A DNA stretch of 64,000 nt from Acidimicrobiia bacterium (GCA_041576165.1 JBFGLM010000013.1:1-64000), one strand, 5' to 3'; counted from the first letter of the stretch, positions 18,065-28,193 are shown. The notes: generated by a model from the sequence alone, not told the origin. Translations and numbers: made by a program.

Positions 18065-19135
18065 TCAGCGCTTGAGCTCGGCCCGCAGCGGCCCGTGATC
18101 GAGACGCGGCAGGACGTACCGCGCCACCAGATCGGCCTCGTTCAGATGCGGGTAACCGGAGAGGATGAAGCCGTCGACTCCGGCCTCCCGGTATGCCCCC
18201 AGCTTGGCGACGACCTGGTCCGGGTCGCCGACGATGGCGGCGCCGGCCCCGCTGCGGGCCCGCCCGATGCCGGTCCACAGGTGATCCTCGGCGAAACCAT
18301 CGTCGTCGCTGTCGTCCCGTAAGCTGGCTTGTCGCTGCACGCCGACCGAGGTTGCATCCAGCGAACGCTGCCGGATCTCGCGGCCGACCTCGTCCTCCAG
18401 CTTCGAGACCAGTCGGGCGGCGGCGCCACGGGCCTCCGCTTCGGTCCCACGGACGATCACGTGCGTACGGAGCCCGTACTGGAGGGTGCGGCCGTGCCGT
18501 GCGGCGCGTTCGGTCATCTCCTTGATGGTTGCTCCAACGGCCGAGACGGTGTCCGGCCATGTCAGGAAGACGTCGGCGGCTGCCGCGGCCGTCTCTTTGG
18601 CGGCTTCTGAGAAGCCACCGAAATAGAACGGAGGGCAGACTCCCGATACCGGTCTCACCCTGGGCGGCTCCAGCTGTAAGTCGAGAAACTCGCCGTGATA
18701 GTCGACCGATTCGCCGTTGAGCAGCGCCCGCAGGACCTGCATCCACTCGAGCGTTCGCTGGTAGCGGGGCGCAGACTCCAGTGTTTCCCCTGGAATGTCG
18801 CTCGAAATGATGTTGACGGTCAGCCGGCCGTCGAGCATCTGGTCGAGGGTGGCGAGCTGGCGGGCCAATTGCGGTACCCACATCTCGCCCATCCGCACTG
18901 CCGTGAGCAGCTGCATGCGGCGGATCTGGGGCGCCACGGCCGCCGCAAAGGCGATCGTGTCGATCCCCAACGTGTAGCCAGACGGGAGCAGTATGTTGTC
19001 GAACCCGAGTCGGTCGGCCGCCAGCACGATGTTGCGGCAATGCTCGTAGCTCGATCGAAGCATCGGTTCGGGCACCCCCAGGAACTCGTAGTCGTCGTCG
19101 CATAAGGCCCCGAACCAGGAGATTTCGACGCTCAC
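18065..19135 (-). CDS. LLM-class flavin monooxygenase, sulfoquinovose monooxygenase-like (SmoC/SquD)
   Basis: SWFGALCDDDYEFLGVP...LRSSYEHC, NIISSDIPGE, LWTGIGRARSG, FILSGYPHL match my recollection of the SmoC subfamily. Confidence 0.8.
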   Translation of the reverse strand: MSVEISWFGALCDDDYEFLGVPEPMLRSSYEHCRNIVLAADRLGFDNILLPSGYTLGIDTIAFAAAVAPQIRRMQLLTAVRMGEMWVPQLARQLATLDQMLDGRLTVNIISSDIPGETLESAPRYQRTLEWMQVLRALLNGESVDYHGEFLDLQLEPPRVRPVSGVCPPFYFGGFSEAAKETAAAAADVFLTWPDTVSAVGATIKEMTERAARHGRTLQYGLRTHVIVRGTEAEARGAAARLVSKLEDEVGREIRQRSLDATSVGVQRQASLRDDSDDDGFAEDHLWTGIGRARSGAGAAIVGDPDQVVAKLGAYREAGVDGFILSGYPHLNEADLVARYVLPRLDHGPLRAELKR

Positions 19136-20043
19136 GGCAACGGGACTCCTTCTGAGGCTTCGATGATGTCGTAGACATCGTTTCGGTTCAGGCGGACGTC
19201 GAGTGCCGCGACGGCGGCTCGGATGCGGTCCAGATTCTGCGTGCCGATGATCGCCACAGGCTTGGAGGGATGAGCCAGCACGAAGGCCAACGCCACGGCC
19301 GATCGGTCGGTGCCTTCTCGCTCAGCCAGGCGGTCCAGCGTCTCCACCAGTTCGGCGCGGGTGCCCTCGCCGTGGGCCAGGGCACCGCCCCCCAGTGGAC
19401 TCCACGCCAGCGGCGTGACTTTGTCCCGCATCAGCCGGTCAAACTCGCCATTACGCAGCGGCTCGAGGTGGACCGCCGAGTACTGTGGCTGGCTGGTGGC
19501 AATTGGGAAGGGCAGATAGGACGTCAGTGCGTCGTACTGGGCGAGCGTGAAGTTGGACACCCCCACTTCCCGGATCTTGCCTTGTTCGCGCAGCGCCGCC
19601 AGCGTCGTCGCCAGCTCTTCGGGATGGGTGAACAGATCGGGTCGGTGGATCTGATATAGGTCGATCATGTCTGTGCCCAGCCGCCGGAGCGATTCATCGA
19701 CTGCAGACCGCAGGTAATCGCTGCCGGAGTCATAAGGAACCGGAGGGGTGATACCACCCTTGGTGGCCAAGATGATCCGATCGCGCAGATTAGGGGCGTC
19801 GGCCAACACGGCGCCGAGGAGCTCCTCGGCGCGCCCGAACCCGGTTCCTCCCCAATCGAGACCGTACACGTCTGCGGTGTCGATCAGGTTCATTCGTGCC
19901 ACGAGGGCGGTCTCTATGCGATCCCGGGCCTCGGCGGGCGACATCTGGACGAATCGCCAGCAGCCGAACGCCAGTGGCCCGGTAGTCATGCCTGACGAGC
20001 CAATAGGACGCGGACCCGAGTTCGTGAGGTTTGGCGCAGTCAC
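19132..20043 (-). CDS. Aldo/keto reductase, 6-dehydroglucose reductase-like (SmoB/SquF)
   Basis: DTADVYG, ATKGG, IHRPD, GVSNF, AWSPLGGG; GTGA-coupled to the monooxygenase. Confidence 0.8.
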   Translation of the reverse strand: MTAPNLTNSGPRPIGSSGMTTGPLAFGCWRFVQMSPAEARDRIETALVARMNLIDTADVYGLDWGGTGFGRAEELLGAVLADAPNLRDRIILATKGGITPPVPYDSGSDYLRSAVDESLRRLGTDMIDLYQIHRPDLFTHPEELATTLAALREQGKIREVGVSNFTLAQYDALTSYLPFPIATSQPQYSAVHLEPLRNGEFDRLMRDKVTPLAWSPLGGGALAHGEGTRAELVETLDRLAEREGTDRSAVALAFVLAHPSKPVAIIGTQNLDRIRAAVAALDVRLNRNDVYDIIEASEGVPLP

Positions 20044-20090
20044 CGACGTATCCTATCGGCCGGAGAATGCCGACACGTCAGGCGTAGGTC

Positions 20091-21155
20091 ATGGACGAGA
20101 TCAGGATCGGGATCGTCGGCTCGGGCATGATGGGGCTCGAGCATATCGCCAACATCAATGCCATCCCCGGCGCCCGCGTCGCTGCGCTGGCAGACCCTCA
20201 CAACCCGTCCCTCGACGCGGCAGAAGTGCTGTCGATCACGCCGGTCGCGCGTTTCAGCGATCACCGCGATCTGGCCAAGGCCCAGACGTGCGATGCGGTG
20301 ATTGTCGCGACTCCGAACATGACGCACACCCAGGTGTTGATAGACCTGCTGGCGACCGACTTGCACGTCCTCGTCGAGAAACCGCTCTGCACCACGGTGT
20401 CCGACTGCCGGCGGGTCATCTCCGCAGCCGACGGCCGTGCCCCGATCACCTGGGTCGGCCTGGAGTACCGCTATATGCCCCCCGTCGCCCGCCTGATCGA
20501 CGAGGTTGCGGCCGGAACCGTCGGGTCCGTGCGGATGGTCGCAATCCGAGAACATCGCTTTCCGTTTCTTCCGAAGGTGGGCGATTGGAACCGCTTCAAT
20601 GAGAACACCGGCGGCACGTTCGTAGAGAAGTGCTGTCATTTCTTCGACCTCATGAATCTGGTGGCCGGCTCGGCGCCACTCCGGGTGATGGCGTCCGGCG
20701 GCCAGGACGTCAACCATCTGGAGGAACGTTACGACGGGCGGCGGCCCGACATCCTCGACAACGCATACGTGATCGTCGAATACGACAACGGCGTTCGGGC
20801 GATGCTCGATCTATGCATGTTCGCCGAGGGCGGCCGCCATCAGGAAGAGGTTGTCGTAGTGGGCGACAAAGGCAAAGCTGAGGCCTACCTACCTTCGTCA
20901 GAGCTCTCGATCGGCCTCCGTAGCTCATCGTGGTTTTCACCGACCACCGAGGTGGTCCATAATTGCGACGCTCGAGTGCCGGGCCACCACCACGGTTCTT
21001 CCTACATCGAGGATCTGCGGTTTGTGGAGGCGATTCGGTCCGGGACCCCGCCGGAGGTCACCCTCGACGACGGTCTGATGTCGGTCGCCGTGGGGGTGGC
21101 GGCCCACCGCTCGATTGACGAACAGCGCGCGGTCTACCTCTCCGAGGTGATGTGA
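20091..21155 (+). CDS. Gfo/Idh/MocA-fold protein, NAD+-dependent sulfoquinovosidase-like (GH188/SqgA)
   Basis: GSGMMG, EKPL, EHRFPFLPKVGDWNRF, GGTFVEKCCHFFDLM, HHG; divergent from the SmoB/C-like genes. Confidence 0.75.
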   Translation: MDEIRIGIVGSGMMGLEHIANINAIPGARVAALADPHNPSLDAAEVLSITPVARFSDHRDLAKAQTCDAVIVATPNMTHTQVLIDLLATDLHVLVEKPLCTTVSDCRRVISAADGRAPITWVGLEYRYMPPVARLIDEVAAGTVGSVRMVAIREHRFPFLPKVGDWNRFNENTGGTFVEKCCHFFDLMNLVAGSAPLRVMASGGQDVNHLEERYDGRRPDILDNAYVIVEYDNGVRAMLDLCMFAEGGRHQEEVVVVGDKGKAEAYLPSSELSIGLRSSSWFSPTTEVVHNCDARVPGHHHGSSYIEDLRFVEAIRSGTPPEVTLDDGLMSVAVGVAAHRSIDEQRAVYLSEVM

Positions 21156-23932
21156 CCGAGCCCGACCGCAACGGGCGTCTGCGGGCGCTGCTCCGATACT
21201 TCGCGACGCTGGCCCGACCCGCCCGGGAGCAGCGTGCCGGTCTACTGGACGGTTCCAAGACCATGTCTGAGATGGTCTACATGGGTGATGACCTCGAGTG
21301 GATCGACCAGCCCGTCTCCTACATTGCCGATTTCGGTGCCGACCGGCTCCCTGCCCTCTCGAAGCTCTCCAGCATCCAGAGCCTGCACGAAGGAGAGCAG
21401 GTGCTCTACGCCGGCTGGCCCTGGCTCTCGGGCACGGTGCCGGTCGATGGGGAGGAAACCCGCGTCTGCCTGCCTGTCCTGGAAGCTGCGGTTGATGTGT
21501 CGCCCAACCGCCTCGGGCTGGGTTATCGGGTGCGGCTGGTCGGCCCGCCCGAGCCGACCCCGCTATTGGCGGACACCTCGGAGGAGTTGTGGGACATATT
21601 CGAAGCCGTTGCCGCTCCGGTCTCGAAGCGGCGTGGGGACGGGTCGGCTGAGGAACGCCTTGCGGCGGCTTTGTGGGACCGGCTGCGGGACGAGCTCGAG
21701 GTGCTTGCACATATCCCCGAGGTCGCGGTGGCCGACAACCTGCCGACCCGGCTGCGGTCGCATCCCGGCTTACACCTGGTGCTCGGAGCAGCGCTCTACG
21801 TGAAAAGTGGCGTCCGGCCGGGCTCGCGCAGCCATGAGCTGCTTGCCGCCCGGGACGTGAGGCTGGCGGGGACCGCGCTCGACGTTGTGTACAACGGCGC
21901 ACCGGGCACCGGTCCCGTTCGTGAACGCCGAGTCGTGGAAACGACCTCGCTCACCCGGCCTCAACATGTGGCGACTGCCTCCGCCCTCAATCGGGACCTC
22001 ACCGTGGTCGCCGGGCCACCGGGGACCGGAAAGACCCACGCAGCAGTGGCCGCAGCGCTGGCCGCAGTCGGTCACGGCGATTCTGTGTTGATCGCCACGA
22101 CCTCCAGGTTCGCTGCCGACGTCATCGCCCAACGCTTCCGAACGGTTCCCGGGTTGCGTTTCTTCCGGTTTGGTTCCGAGGAGCGGCCCGCGCTGCTCGA
22201 GGCGAAGGAGTCAGACACCCCGCAACCGGGCGGCGTCCAAGGAGGTGAGTTGTACGGGGCGGTGGCCCAGGACCTTCGCTCGGAAGCCGATCTCGAGCGC
22301 GCCCTCCGCACCCGCCGGCGGGCGATGGCGTTCGGGGCGGTTCCCCGCTCCGACGTCGACCTCTCCAAAGTGGGTAAGTGGGTGGCTCGAGCAGATGGAC
22401 ACGGGTGGTGGGCCACCCGTGTCCGGCGCAAAGCCCAGAAGGCGCTGGCGATGCCGCCCGACACCTCGCTCGAACAGCTCCGACAGGCTCTGGAATTCCA
22501 GCACGCCGAGCGGTTGATCGAAACGGTCATCAGGACCGGGGGCGTCTCGCTCGATGCGGTATGGGCCGACCTCGAACAAGCGGTGGACGAACGGCACCAC
22601 CGCGGCCGCCGGTGGGTTGCGTCGACCTCGGCCCCGGCCGCCCAGTCGCAGGTGCTGGCCACGTTGGACACGGCGTTGCGGGCAGGGCCTACGGCCCGGC
22701 GTCGCAAGCTAGCCGCCATGAAGTCGGCCCAAATCACGGCCAGTCTCCCGCTGTGGATCGGCACGCTGACCGAGATCAGCGAGTACTTGCCGCTGGCGCC
22801 CGCCATGTTCGACCTGCTGATCATGGATGAGGCTTCTCATACGAACCAGCTCGATGCGATCCCAGCGCTGGTGCGAGCCCAGCGGGCCATGATCCTGGGC
22901 GACCCGAGACAGCTTCGCCACGTGTCGTTTGTTGGCGATGAGCACATGACGGCTGCAGCCGGGACCGCTGCCCTGGGGGACGACCTCGCGCTGAAAGCCG
23001 ACATCCGCCGGAACAGCGCGTTCGATGTGGCGTCGATGGCGGGTCCGGCCGTGTGGCTCAACGAGCACCACCGCTCTGCGCCGCACATCATCAATTTCTC
23101 GGCGCAGCGGTTCTACGACGGCCTCATCATCATGACCCGGCACCCGCACAACGAGACGCTGGACCTCATCCACACCGAGCATGTGCCGGATGGTGCATTT
23201 GACCGCGGGCTGAACACCGCGGAGGCCAATCGGGTCGAAGACCTGATCCGCCGGCTCGATTCGGGCGGTCCCGGGTCGATCGGGGTTGTGACACCCTTCC
23301 GCAACCAAGCAGACCTCCTCGAAGAGCGAATGCTGAACCGCTTCGATGACGCGGACATCCGCCGCCTGCGGCTACGGGTGGGCACGGTGCACGGTTTCCA
23401 AGGCAACCAGCGCGACACGATGATCATCTCGACTGTCGTGAGTCCGGACAACCTGAGTGCGCTGCGGTTCGTCGAGGATCCGAACCTGTTCAATGTGATG
23501 GTCACCCGGGCTCGTCTGAGCGTGTGGCTGGTTACTTCGGTGACCGCCGACGACCTTCCCCGCAACGGCCTGCTCGCCGAATACCTCCGCCATGCCGACG
23601 AGAAGCCCGTGGAACTGTTCACCACATCACCTGACGAAGGCTGGACGACTGAGGTTTTCACTGCGCTCCGGGGTTACGACATGCGGGTGGTTCCGGAATA
23701 CCCGGTCGGCCCGTACACGATTGATCTGGTGATCGGGGAGGGACCTGCGGCGATCGGGGTCGAGACGCGGGTGCACGACGGGGGTATCGGCGCCCACATC
23801 GAGCGCCATCTCGCACTGCGCCGGGCCGGGTGGACGCTCATCGACGCGTTTGAAAGCCGGTGGATGACCCGGCCCGAGGCGGCCGCACAGCACATTGCCG
23901 AGATGGCGGTTCGGGCGACCAGGAGCCTCTAG
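21152..23932 (+). CDS. Superfamily 1 (DNA2/NAM7-like) helicase with a C-terminal restriction-endonuclease-like domain
   Basis: GPPGTGKT, MDEAS, GDPRQL, HHRS, TVHGFQG, NVMVTRAR; EYPVGPYTIDLVI...GVE. Confidence 0.85.
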   Translation: MTEPDRNGRLRALLRYFATLARPAREQRAGLLDGSKTMSEMVYMGDDLEWIDQPVSYIADFGADRLPALSKLSSIQSLHEGEQVLYAGWPWLSGTVPVDGEETRVCLPVLEAAVDVSPNRLGLGYRVRLVGPPEPTPLLADTSEELWDIFEAVAAPVSKRRGDGSAEERLAAALWDRLRDELEVLAHIPEVAVADNLPTRLRSHPGLHLVLGAALYVKSGVRPGSRSHELLAARDVRLAGTALDVVYNGAPGTGPVRERRVVETTSLTRPQHVATASALNRDLTVVAGPPGTGKTHAAVAAALAAVGHGDSVLIATTSRFAADVIAQRFRTVPGLRFFRFGSEERPALLEAKESDTPQPGGVQGGELYGAVAQDLRSEADLERALRTRRRAMAFGAVPRSDVDLSKVGKWVARADGHGWWATRVRRKAQKALAMPPDTSLEQLRQALEFQHAERLIETVIRTGGVSLDAVWADLEQAVDERHHRGRRWVASTSAPAAQSQVLATLDTALRAGPTARRRKLAAMKSAQITASLPLWIGTLTEISEYLPLAPAMFDLLIMDEASHTNQLDAIPALVRAQRAMILGDPRQLRHVSFVGDEHMTAAAGTAALGDDLALKADIRRNSAFDVASMAGPAVWLNEHHRSAPHIINFSAQRFYDGLIIMTRHPHNETLDLIHTEHVPDGAFDRGLNTAEANRVEDLIRRLDSGGPGSIGVVTPFRNQADLLEERMLNRFDDADIRRLRLRVGTVHGFQGNQRDTMIISTVVSPDNLSALRFVEDPNLFNVMVTRARLSVWLVTSVTADDLPRNGLLAEYLRHADEKPVELFTTSPDEGWTTEVFTALRGYDMRVVPEYPVGPYTIDLVIGEGPAAIGVETRVHDGGIGAHIERHLALRRAGWTLIDAFESRWMTRPEAAAQHIAEMAVRATRSL

Positions 23933-24095
23933 CCTCACTTGGCCGACGGCTCCACACACGAGCGCGTGCTGGAGATCAATGCGGGCAAAGTGGCCATGCC
24001 CGGTTCACCGCTGATGTCGCCACACGGTGCGTGGGTTCGACGCCGCTGAGGGTCACGGCAGCCGCGCCCCGCCGAGAATGATCCAGCTGCCGCTC

Positions 24096-25133
24096 TCACA
24101 GCCCCGAGAACTCGGGCGCCACCTCTAGCCGGGCGACGGTAGCTCCGAGTGGCTCGAGGCGGGCCTGCAACTCGTTGATCTGCTCGATCCCCCGGTACGT
24201 CCCGACGATGGCACCGCCCGAACCGGCGAACGCGGCCGATGCGCCGGCGGCCCGAGCCCGCTCGACCATCTCGATCTGGTGGTCCGGCAGCTCGACCATG
24301 CGCCGGCGAGCGTCGAATGATTGGTCGAGCAAGCTCGCAACTGCGTCGTGATCCCCCAACCGGATCGCCTCCTCGGCCTGTTCCGCCAGACTGCTCAGTA
24401 TCTTCATCCCCGATACCACCGCCCAGTCGCGGGCGAAGAACCGGACTCGCAGGTCGCCATGGGTGGTGGTGCTCTCGGCGGCGGCTGCCGGCGCCCACGC
24501 CAGGTACAGCGGAGGCAGCCCGGCGGGATCGAGGAAGCGATACTCGCCATATTCGAGGCCGTGCTCAGTCCGCATGCGGCGCTGGCGGAAATCCATGGCA
24601 ACGACTCCCCCGAAGGCCTGCACAACCCGGTCCTGCAGACCCGCCACAATGCCCAGGCGGGCCTCCGCCGCCAGCCCTAGGGAGGGAACCAGAGCCGGCT
24701 GGATGTCGATGCCGTGGTGCTCGATCACGGCCCGCAACGCCGCCAGCACGATCGCCGACGAACCACCCAACCCCACCTGTCGTGGAATCGTCGTCCGGTA
24801 AGCCAAGCGGAAGCCCTCTTTGAGCGGCGGCGCACCCATTGTGTCCAGCAGGCTGGCGTAGGCCGCCAGCGCCGCCTGGATGAGACGCACCCCTCCCCCG
24901 TAGCCGTATCGCTCAGAATCGGTCTGCAGCGCGGCCAGCGACTCCCAGGCCGCCTGGTCACCGGTCCCGGGGGTGATCGAGATCCCCTCCCACGGTGTCA
25001 GCTCTACTTCGGCTGCGAAGTTGTCGACCGCCACCGAGACCACTCGACCCCCGTAGCCGTCCGAGGGATTCCCGACTAGGCCGGCCCGCGCTGGAACCCG
25101 GGCGGTGACCCGTTGCGGGCCGGCAGCCTCCAA
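24096..25133 (-). CDS. GHMP kinase, glucuronokinase-like
   Basis: ARAGLVGNPSDGY, IPRQVGLGGSSA, AGLQDR, GSGGA. Confidence 0.8.
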   Translation of the reverse strand: MEAAGPQRVTARVPARAGLVGNPSDGYGGRVVSVAVDNFAAEVELTPWEGISITPGTGDQAAWESLAALQTDSERYGYGGGVRLIQAALAAYASLLDTMGAPPLKEGFRLAYRTTIPRQVGLGGSSAIVLAALRAVIEHHGIDIQPALVPSLGLAAEARLGIVAGLQDRVVQAFGGVVAMDFRQRRMRTEHGLEYGEYRFLDPAGLPPLYLAWAPAAAAESTTTHGDLRVRFFARDWAVVSGMKILSSLAEQAEEAIRLGDHDAVASLLDQSFDARRRMVELPDHQIEMVERARAAGASAAFAGSGGAIVGTYRGIEQINELQARLEPLGATVARLEVAPEFSGL

Positions 25134-25136
25134 GCG

Positions 25137-26105
25137 CTAGCCCTTCACGGATCCGGCGAGAATGCCCCGCACGAAGTACCGCTGGAGCGCGAAGAAGACG
25201 ACCAGAGGCAGGACCGTCGAGATGAAGGCACCAGCGGCCAGCAGGTGTTCCCTGGTCCCGAACTCGCCCGCCAGAGATGCGATGCGAATCGTCACCGGCC
25301 AGTTGGCGCCGTTTCCGCCGATGAGCGTGAGAGCGATCAAGTAGTCGTTGTAGGTCCAGAGGAACTGGAATATCGCAAACGCCGCCAGCACCGGCACCGA
25401 CAGCGGGATGACGAGACGCCAGAAGAAGGTGAAGTGGTTGGCGCCGTCGATCTGAGCCGACTCGAAGACATCCTGGGGCAGCCCGGAGATGTAGTTATGC
25501 AGCAGGAAGATTGCGAAGGGCAAGGCGAACCCGGTGTGGGTCAGCCATACCGCGGTCACCGTGCCGGACAGGTCGAGGTCGGGGAAGAACGTGATGGTCT
25601 TGTCGATGATGGGGATGGTGAGGTGGCCGCCACCGGAGAATAGCTGCAGCAGCGGGAGCAACGATGTCTGCACCGGAACCGCCAGGAGTGCAACTGTCCC
25701 GATGAACAACCACTCTCTCCCCCGAAAGTCCATCCAAGCGAACGCGTACGCGGCGAAGGCGGCGACAGCTATGGGGATGATCGTGGCGGGAACCGCAATA
25801 GCTAGTGAGTTGAGCAGAGCGTTGCCGACCCCACCGCCGACCTGAGTGGCCAGCACGTCCGTATAGTTGTCCAGAGTCAGGCCGTTCGGATCATTGAAGA
25901 ACGTCCACCATCCGGACGTGGCCTGGGCGTCGCGAAAACGGAAGGAGTTCACGAACAGGCCGAGCGTGGGGATGCTCCACAGAATCACCAGGATCCACAA
26001 AACCCAGGTCGGAATCGAGCTGAGGAAGGCGTAGATCGTCTTCCCGAGTCCGATCTCGACTGGCGAACGGGTAGTTCGGGTTTCTCTCGTCACAACCGCC
26101 ATCAC
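25137..26105 (-). CDS. Carbohydrate ABC transporter permease (AglG-like)
   Basis: ESAQIDGA EAA loop, FQFLWTYND, LQRYFVRGILAGSVKG. Confidence 0.93.
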   Translation of the reverse strand: MMAVVTRETRTTRSPVEIGLGKTIYAFLSSIPTWVLWILVILWSIPTLGLFVNSFRFRDAQATSGWWTFFNDPNGLTLDNYTDVLATQVGGGVGNALLNSLAIAVPATIIPIAVAAFAAYAFAWMDFRGREWLFIGTVALLAVPVQTSLLPLLQLFSGGGHLTIPIIDKTITFFPDLDLSGTVTAVWLTHTGFALPFAIFLLHNYISGLPQDVFESAQIDGANHFTFFWRLVIPLSVPVLAAFAIFQFLWTYNDYLIALTLIGGNGANWPVTIRIASLAGEFGTREHLLAAGAFISTVLPLVVFFALQRYFVRGILAGSVKG

Positions 26106-28054
26106 ACCGCCGCTTTCTGCATCTGCCGGATGTTGTACACCAGGATCGGGAGGATGAAGAGCAACAACACGGTCGCGAGGGAGGAACCCACGCCGAAGTT
26201 GAACTCGGTGAACGCCTTGTCATAGAACTCGTTGGCGATCACGTTCGTGTCGAAATTGCCCGCGGTCATCACGCGGACGATATCGAACACCTTCATCACA
26301 GTCACAATGAGAGTGGTGACGACCACACCTATGGTCGGCATGATCTGCGGAACGGTGACTCTCCAGAAGCTCTGCGACTCAGTTGCTCCATCGACCTTCG
26401 CCGCCTCCAGCAGCTCAGCCGGCACGCCTTTGATGGCGGCGGAGAAGATGACCATGCTGAACCCGGTCTGAATCCAGATGAGCACGACCATCAACCAGAA
26501 GTTGTTGAACGGTCGCTCGGACGTGAACTGGATCGGTTGTCCGACGATCTCTCCCGTCGCCTCGACGATCTCGAACCCACCAAGACCCGGACCGAGAAAC
26601 CGGTAGATCAGCCAGATCAACGGCAAGGTGGTGACGATCGAGCCCCAGGCGACGCCGTCGACGCCGCTCCTGAATCCTCGAAACGATATGTAGCCGAGCC
26701 CAATGACGACCAGCGTCAGGACGGTCACGACAATGGCGGTGTCAGTCGAGTCGTTGCTGATCTGTCCGAGCCAAACCCACAATGCATTCATCACACCGGT
26801 CTGGTCGCGCACCGGTGGACGGGCTATGTACATGAACCGCCAAATGATGCCAGCACCGACAAACGAAATTGCCATCGGCATGAAGATGATCGACTTGGCG
26901 AAGCTTTCCGAGCGGCTGCGATCAGCCAGCACGGCAACCGCCAAGCCGGCGGCCGTGGCGAACGCCGTCACCGTGAATACCCACCACAGGTTGTTGATGA
27001 TCGTGCCTCGCAGGATCGAAAACATCGCGAAAGCGATGAGGACAAGACCAAGGGCGACGAGGCTCAGGTTGGACGGGCCGAAGTCGAACGTCTCCGATCG
27101 AGCTCTCCCCACGAACCACGCCGCGGCGAGTCCGAGCCCCGCAACTACCACTCCTCCGATGAAGAGGCTCGACGTAAAGATGTCGGTCCACGTCGAGAGG
27201 TCGAGGATGTTGGCGTCGGTGAAGATCGTGGCGTAGTTGGCGAAGCCGACCGCTTCTTCACCGCGGCCATCTAGGAACGACAGGATCACGGTGCGGATGC
27301 TGGGGATAACCAGCGAAGCGGCGATGAAGAACAGGGCCGGGCCCAAGAAGATGTACTTGCGCGAGCCGGATTCCACTCGATCGTGGGTCTGCTTATCGGC
27401 GAGCGGCCAGGCCCCAATGGTCGCGCCGATACCCAGACCAAGAATCGTGGAGGCGAGTATGGCGTTGCTGCGTAGTCCAGTGTTCAGCTCAGGGGTCAGG
27501 AACGCTCCGAACAGCCATCCGACTGTCGCCCACAGGACTAAGCCTCGCCAGAGCGGGCGCGTACGCCCCCGCACAGCCCAGAGCGCAACCCCGACAGCGA
27601 GGCCGATGCCGACCCACAGGAAGAGCTCGCCGTAGTTGATCGAGGGAATCGGCGTCGCGATCTCGCGCTGCGCGTTGCCGTCGGGTACGACCAGGATGAC
27701 ATTGCGCATGTTGAGCCCGACCAGGAAGCCGAGGACCGCTCCCCCAGCCGCGCCCACGATCATCCGGGCCCACCAATCTCGCAATGACCCGAGCAGGTAT
27801 CCGGCTACAGCTCCGACGAGACCGGCCAGGAGCAGCCACACCCACTCGGGCGGCATGCCCTCTCTCTGGAAGATGACCCGGTTACCCCAAAGGATCGCAA
27901 ACGCGACAAGGCCGGTGGTCGCCCCGATCGCGGTTGTGAACCACCGCCAGCCGCGTGGAGCAAGGTCAAACAGCTTGTTGGCTCCGATGAAGATGAGGGC
28001 GCTTCCGCCGACTGCAACTCCCACGCCGACGAGCGTTGCAATCACCCGATCCAT
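26102..28054 (-). CDS. Carbohydrate ABC transporter permease (AglF-like) with a large N-terminal membrane extension
   Basis: FMPMAISFVGAGIIW, LEAAKVDGA, KVFDIV; 650 aa. Confidence 0.92.
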   Translation of the reverse strand: MDRVIATLVGVGVAVGGSALIFIGANKLFDLAPRGWRWFTTAIGATTGLVAFAILWGNRVIFQREGMPPEWVWLLLAGLVGAVAGYLLGSLRDWWARMIVGAAGGAVLGFLVGLNMRNVILVVPDGNAQREIATPIPSINYGELFLWVGIGLAVGVALWAVRGRTRPLWRGLVLWATVGWLFGAFLTPELNTGLRSNAILASTILGLGIGATIGAWPLADKQTHDRVESGSRKYIFLGPALFFIAASLVIPSIRTVILSFLDGRGEEAVGFANYATIFTDANILDLSTWTDIFTSSLFIGGVVVAGLGLAAAWFVGRARSETFDFGPSNLSLVALGLVLIAFAMFSILRGTIINNLWWVFTVTAFATAAGLAVAVLADRSRSESFAKSIIFMPMAISFVGAGIIWRFMYIARPPVRDQTGVMNALWVWLGQISNDSTDTAIVVTVLTLVVIGLGYISFRGFRSGVDGVAWGSIVTTLPLIWLIYRFLGPGLGGFEIVEATGEIVGQPIQFTSERPFNNFWLMVVLIWIQTGFSMVIFSAAIKGVPAELLEAAKVDGATESQSFWRVTVPQIMPTIGVVVTTLIVTVMKVFDIVRVMTAGNFDTNVIANEFYDKAFTEFNFGVGSSLATVLLLFILPILVYNIRQMQKAAV

Positions 28055-28136
28055 CGGTTGCTGCCTCCCTTGGATGCTCGAACACTCACCCTAGAGCCAC
28101 AGCTCTCCTCATGCCTCGGAACTGCCGCGAAACACG

Positions 28137-28164
28137 GCGGGCGCCGGTAGTCACCGGCGCCCGC
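28137..28164. terminator. Intercistronic hairpin after the binding-protein gene
   Basis: GCGGGCGCCGGT-agtc-ACCGGCGCCCGC, perfect 12-bp stem. Confidence 0.7.
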
Positions 28165-28193
28165 TTGTTCGTCGGTCAGTTCATCAACCGACC

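Noticed and set aside
23933-24095. GGTTCGA (T-loop-like) sequence and a short ORF in the intergenic region
   Set aside because: No cloverleaf or acceptor stem; the ORF is unsupported
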